Assembly: GCA_942493095.1 (NCBI GenBank)
Contig: OW818675.1
Coordinates: 180,001 to 212,000, forward strand
Length of the DNA stretch: 32,000 nucleotides
Direction: 5' to 3'
Source: Candidatus Electronema halotolerans
GTDB taxonomy: Bacteria > Desulfobacterota > Desulfobulbia > Desulfobulbales > Desulfobulbaceae
Below the pieces are notes generated by a model. It was not told where the DNA came from, ran no database searches, and saw only the letters and a program-made list of their open reading frames with translations. A program made the translations under genes and the position numbers. Position 1 is the stretch's first letter, and each line of letters begins with the position of its first letter. This document shows, piece after piece, positions 27,048 through 32,000 of the stretch.

Positions 27048-27416
27048 TCAGCCGCAGCCGCCAAGCCCGCAGCTTTTGGCCGGAGCGGCCTGCTTGTCAT
27101 CTGCTGAGGGAAGAGGCAGGATATAGCCGCGATGCGCCTTGATCCGCACATTGTCGGTGATTTCCAAGGTGACAGCAGAATCGGTCAGGCCGGTGATGGT
27201 GCCATGCACACCGCCAGCAGTCATCACTTTGTCGCCTTTCTTCAGATTATTGAGGAAATTCTGCTGTTCCTGCGCCTTTTTCTGCTGCGGGCGGATGAGC
27301 AGGAAATAGAAGACCACAAAAATCAGGATAAGGGGGACAAACTGGCCAAAGGCGGCAAAACCGCCGCCTGCTGCCGGGGCGGCTGCGCTGCCTTGGGCGA
27401 AAGCAATTCCGAGCAT
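27048..27416 (-). CDS. yajC: Preprotein translocase subunit YajC
   Basis: 'PLILIFVVFYFLLIRPQQKKAQEQQNFLNNLKKGDKVMTAGGVHGTITGL'. Confidence 0.95.
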   Translation of the reverse strand: MLGIAFAQGSAAAPAAGGGFAAFGQFVPLILIFVVFYFLLIRPQQKKAQEQQNFLNNLKKGDKVMTAGGVHGTITGLTDSAVTLEITDNVRIKAHRGYILPLPSADDKQAAPAKSCGLGGCG

Positions 27417-27451
27417 GAAATTCTCCGTAAGATTATTGAAAGCTGTGCAAT

Positions 27452-28414
27452 TCAGTCAGCGGCTGCAATATGGGCCGCATAATATGCAGCACCAAACAGG
27501 CCGATGCGTTCATCTTGAAGCAAAGCAACTGAGATATGGGCAAGCACGTCTTTTGCGGTGCTCGAACCTTGCATAAATTCCTTTCTGAAAGCATCATTGT
27601 CAACCAAGAAAGGATTTTTCATGGCCACGCCGCCGGAAATGAAAAGCCGTCCGCCTGCTGCCAGCGTGGTGAGGACGTAATTTCTGCAATCTCTGGCGTA
27701 AAATTTGGCAAACCAATGCGTTGTTTCTGAAGCAGGATCAATTTCTGCTGCAACCTCGCTCGGTTCCATTCTATTTCCGGTGAGAAATTGATGCAGCATA
27801 GTTAATCCTCTGCCGGAAACTACATCATCACCAACTGGATTTGCTATGCCGGTTTGTTGAACAATGAAAGCCCGGTATCGCTGTTCAAAGTCATCTGCCG
27901 TAAAAGGAAATGGAATCTGGCCGGATTCAGAAGGAATATGCACATAAGCAGATGTGCTGATTTTCTTCAAAGTGCCGTGGCCAAGTCCTGTTCCCGCGCC
28001 GACAATGGCAATATCATCCTGCGTCTGTTCGGTGCTGATGATCGGCAAAGCGTTTGCTGTTGCCTCAGTCAGGCAGCCGTAAGCCTGTGCGGTGAAATCG
28101 TTGACGAAAGAAATCTCTGTGTCAGGATAAAGTTTCTTCAGCCGTGCTCTGTTAATCTTCCATTTTATATTTGGAAATGAAAGCAAATTTTCGGAAGTGA
28201 CCGGCCCTGGTACGGCAAAGACACAGTTCCTGCATTTATTCACATCATAGCGACTATCTTTTTCTTGTATATGGGAAAGCAGATGTTCAAAAGAGTCAAA
28301 GCTGTTGGTCTGCTTCCGCCGCTCATCTTCGAGCGTGAATTTATCTCCGCTGTGAGAAAACAGAGTAAATCTGCTATTTGTTCCGCCTACATCACCAATT
28401 AAGAACATATTCAT
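27452..28414 (-). CDS. glk: Glucokinase (ROK-independent Glk family)
   Basis: 'FLIGDVGGTNSRFTLF', 'FAVPGPV', 'FVNDFTAQAYG', 'AIVGAGTGLGHGTL', 'PSESGQIPFPF', 'ISGGV'; ATG at 28414. Confidence 0.88.
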   Translation of the reverse strand: MNMFLIGDVGGTNSRFTLFSHSGDKFTLEDERRKQTNSFDSFEHLLSHIQEKDSRYDVNKCRNCVFAVPGPVTSENLLSFPNIKWKINRARLKKLYPDTEISFVNDFTAQAYGCLTEATANALPIISTEQTQDDIAIVGAGTGLGHGTLKKISTSAYVHIPSESGQIPFPFTADDFEQRYRAFIVQQTGIANPVGDDVVSGRGLTMLHQFLTGNRMEPSEVAAEIDPASETTHWFAKFYARDCRNYVLTTLAAGGRLFISGGVAMKNPFLVDNDAFRKEFMQGSSTAKDVLAHISVALLQDERIGLFGAAYYAAHIAAAD

Positions 28415-28431
28415 TTCATTTTTTTGCCATG

Positions 28432-29688
<1,257 letters not shown>

Positions 29689-29702
29689 TCAACAAAGGCT
29701 GT

Positions 29703-30101
29703 TCACAGGCACCAGCCGCCTGCGCAGACCTCCTTGCTTTCCACGGAGCCGCCGCAGCTTTGGTAACAGTGATGGTATTCTGTTCCGCACCGTGAAATAT
29801 TGGGAGCAGAGCAGGGCATGGCGCTGGCGGCATAGCAATTGGTCGCGCCAGAGGCAATGCAGCGCTCAAATTCCAGCCGCACCATCCGGTTGTGATGCTC
29901 GCAGTTCTTCTGCTGGAGGTACTCATTGTCAATGCACTGCTTTCTGTCCCGCTCGCATTTCATGACGCACATCTGACCTTCCGGGCTTGTCGGAGGATGC
30001 AGCACATATTCTGTCTGCGCATACCTGCCGCAGCCGCTCAGAGCCAGCATGATGCCAGCTGCCGCCGCCAGACTCCAAAAATGACCTTTATTGATCTTCA
30101 T
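29703..30101 (-). CDS. Cysteine-rich lipoprotein
   Basis: Lipobox 'LALSGC'; ten or more Cys in the mature region (CVMKC, CIDNEY, CEHH...). Confidence 0.6.
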   Translation of the reverse strand: MKINKGHFWSLAAAAGIMLALSGCGRYAQTEYVLHPPTSPEGQMCVMKCERDRKQCIDNEYLQQKNCEHHNRMVRLEFERCIASGATNCYAASAMPCSAPNISRCGTEYHHCYQSCGGSVESKEVCAGGWCL

Positions 30102-30161
30102 CTTCTCGTTCCTCCATTGCGTTGTGTTGTGGAACTGTGCCATGCGGCACAGGCGTTGTGG

Positions 30162-30635
30162 TCACAGATGTTTTTTGACCAAATCGTAAAGACAGCCGCT
30201 GGTTTCCTCAACCACCCGCACGCAGTGCTGGCGGCGGCTGTTCGGGTCAGTGCGGAACTGCCGCACGGCTTCATTGTCCTGCCAGTCAACCTTGGCAATA
30301 TCAGCGCAGTTGATGCTGCCATATTCCGCCGTAATTCTGGCGAATTCCTTGAGCATCTCCTCTCCGATCCGGTTCATCTGCCGATGATTCATTCCTTTGG
30401 GTGTGGTCTTGCCCAAAGCGAAACCAATGGTTGCCAAGGCTCCGGTGAGCGCGCCGCAGACTTGGCTGCTGCCAACCATGCCGGAGGCGAACGGTGCCAT
30501 TGCGGCGATGAGTTCCTGCGGCGGCGGCTCCTCCCGGAACAGTCCGGCGCAAGCGCACAGCACGGCCTGGCTGCAATGAAATCCGTCTGCAAACAGTGCT
30601 GCGGCTTTGGCTGCTGTGTCCTTCCGTCCTTCCAT
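30162..30635 (-). CDS. C_GCAxxG_C_C family putative redox protein
   Basis: 'FHCSQAVLCACAGLF...GSSQVCGALTGALATIGFALG...NCADI...HCVRVVEET'; ATG at 30635. Confidence 0.8.
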   Translation of the reverse strand: MEGRKDTAAKAAALFADGFHCSQAVLCACAGLFREEPPPQELIAAMAPFASGMVGSSQVCGALTGALATIGFALGKTTPKGMNHRQMNRIGEEMLKEFARITAEYGSINCADIAKVDWQDNEAVRQFRTDPNSRRQHCVRVVEETSGCLYDLVKKHL

Positions 30636-31006
30636 CTTATTTCTCCTTGCACCCAAGTTGAATTTATTATACCATGCGTTCCGTGTGAAATCCAAAAAAG
30701 AAGTTGCAGGCAGCCTTGCGGCATGATACCGGGAGGAGAAAGTTCCTGCAAGCCTGATTCCTGCCATGCCGAGCTTGGCGGATGCAGGCAAACTCTGGCT
30801 CTTTGGTTCTGTCGCTGAAAGGCGGAGTTTTCCTTTTTTAAGAAGCTGGAACTGCATGGCGACTGCTGCCGCGCCCTGAAACGCAGCGATGTGGATTTAG
30901 TTGCGCTCAATCAGACCCGCAATCAGGCTGTGCTGGATGATTTTTATCTCCGCACCCTTCATGCGGCAATTGATTTCAGGGAGCAGCGGCGCAGAATAAT
31001 GGGCGT

Positions 31007-31258
31007 ATGAATGAGAGAACGCATTCGGCGGATTCCTGCATCAATCTTGCGGAAATGCTGATCAATCAACAAGAGCTGCGCCCGCCGCAATCCTATCATG
31101 AGGTGTTTGACATCCTCGGAGAGGCAGGCGTGCTGGATGCTGAATTTGCGTATTCCTTTGCCAAGATTGCCGGATTTCGCAACTTTCTTGCTCACGACTA
31201 CGAGACAGTTGATGCTGAGGTGATCTGTCAGCAGGTGCTGCGGCAGGCCGGGGTGTGA
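31007..31258 (+). pseudogene. HepT-like (DUF86/HEPN) protein, apparently N-terminally truncated or frameshifted
   Basis: 'SCINLAEMLINQQELRPPQSYHEVFDILGEAGVLDAEFAYSFAKIAGFRNFLAHDYETVD' with R-x4-H-x-Y motif; only 83 aa versus the usual ~130 aa. Confidence 0.6.
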
Positions 31259-31399
31259 GAAAAAACGGGATGCGGCAAAAAAAAACTTGCGTTCTGGCAG
31301 ATTGCAATATACGATACTTCCCTTGCTCGTCAGCTCTTCATTTCGCAAACTTTTGCTGCATTCGCCTTGGCCGGAGCGGTGCGAGTGTCATATCACAAA

Positions 31400-31714
31400 A
31401 TGAGGGCCATGCGGCTGCTTGACTCCCAAATTGCCAGCATCAGAACCATAGTCCCTCAGTATGCCGGGAAGGGCTGCCGGGTTTATCTGTTTGGTTCCCG
31501 TCTTGATGATGCGGCGCGAGGCGGTGATGTTGATCTGTTGATCGAAACGCCTCAGCAGCTGCCTCTGATGCAGCGTGTCCGTATGAAAATGGCGATAGAA
31601 GCGGCACTTGGTCTGCCAGTTGATCTGGTTGTGCGGGAGGAAAACCAAACTCCGACGGCGTTTCAGCGGCTTGCGAAATTGCGTTCAACACTGCTCATGG
31701 ACGAAGGCGCATGA
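31400..31714 (+). CDS. MntA-like minimal nucleotidyltransferase
   Basis: 'VYLFGSRLDDAARGGDVDLLIE' = GSx10DxD NTase motif; start could also be 31367 or 31409. Confidence 0.8.
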   Translation: MRAMRLLDSQIASIRTIVPQYAGKGCRVYLFGSRLDDAARGGDVDLLIETPQQLPLMQRVRMKMAIEAALGLPVDLVVREENQTPTAFQRLAKLRSTLLMDEGA

Positions 31715-32000
31715 TGAAGACCTTGACAGATGAATACCGCAGCCATCTGGCCGAAATGCTGGCCGCAGTTGAGCGGTGCGTGTATTTTCTTGACGGCTCC
31801 TGCGCACGGATAAGCTGGCCGCTGACAGGAGATGTGCTGGCAGGGCGCAAGAAGGAAGTGGAATTGTTCATGGCTCTTTCCGCTGTCAATGAACGATTTG
31901 CGAAATTGCAGGACACGCTGGGGGCGGCAATGCGTCATGCCGCCCTGCTGGCCGGTGAATCTTCGGACACCTTTATTCGGGTTCTGTCCCATTTCGAGAA
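31711..32000 (+). CDS. HEPN/HepT-like partner of the nucleotidyltransferase, truncated by window edge
   Basis: ATG overlaps the NTase stop; '...NERFAKLQDTLGAAMRHAALLAGESSDTFIRVLSHFE' resembles HEPN partners of MNT proteins; open to 32000. Confidence 0.6.
   Translation, partial: MMKTLTDEYRSHLAEMLAAVERCVYFLDGSCARISWPLTGDVLAGRKKEVELFMALSAVNERFAKLQDTLGAAMRHAALLAGESSDTFIRVLSHFE

Noticed and set aside
29892-30818. 308-aa plus-strand ORF
   Set aside because: Spans antisense of the lipoprotein and the C_GCAxxG_C_C genes, both of which have recognisable motifs on the minus strand.

Overview
This window looks like ordinary bacterial chromosome, GC-rich and possibly deltaproteobacterial or Desulfobulbaceae-like (inference from style only). 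Well-supported housekeeping genes are an acetolactate-synthase-like ThDP enzyme, aat, hisI, topB, a NUDIX–orotate phosphoribosyltransferase fusion, tRNA-Leu(CAA), glmS, gatA, yajC, a glucokinase and tgt. Two accessory islands stand out. The first (about 1.7-4.5 kb) holds a membrane protein, a DUF4160/DUF2442-like pair and a kinesin-light-chain-like TPR protein. The membrane and TPR proteins share a short G-(N/D/E)-Q-(S/C)-P...V motif. The second, and most interesting (about 15.5-19.5 kb, minus strand), encodes a small EACC1-like protein, a caspase-fold peptidase with YYSGHGK and LDCCYSGA motifs, and a membrane-anchored protein with two tandem DUF1566/Lcl-C (C-type-lectin-like) domains. It also contains a 149-bp tandem duplication of the caspase gene start, a palindromic repeat over the EACC1-like stop codon, and six copies of a 22-bp partly palindromic repeat. 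An HU-like/DUF4469-like gene follows. This layout resembles caspase-based conflict or immunity loci and is the best candidate for an under-described system. At the right edge there is a MntA-HepT-like (MNT/HEPN) pair next to an apparently truncated HEPN gene. No IS element, CRISPR array, reverse transcriptase or rRNA was recognised.
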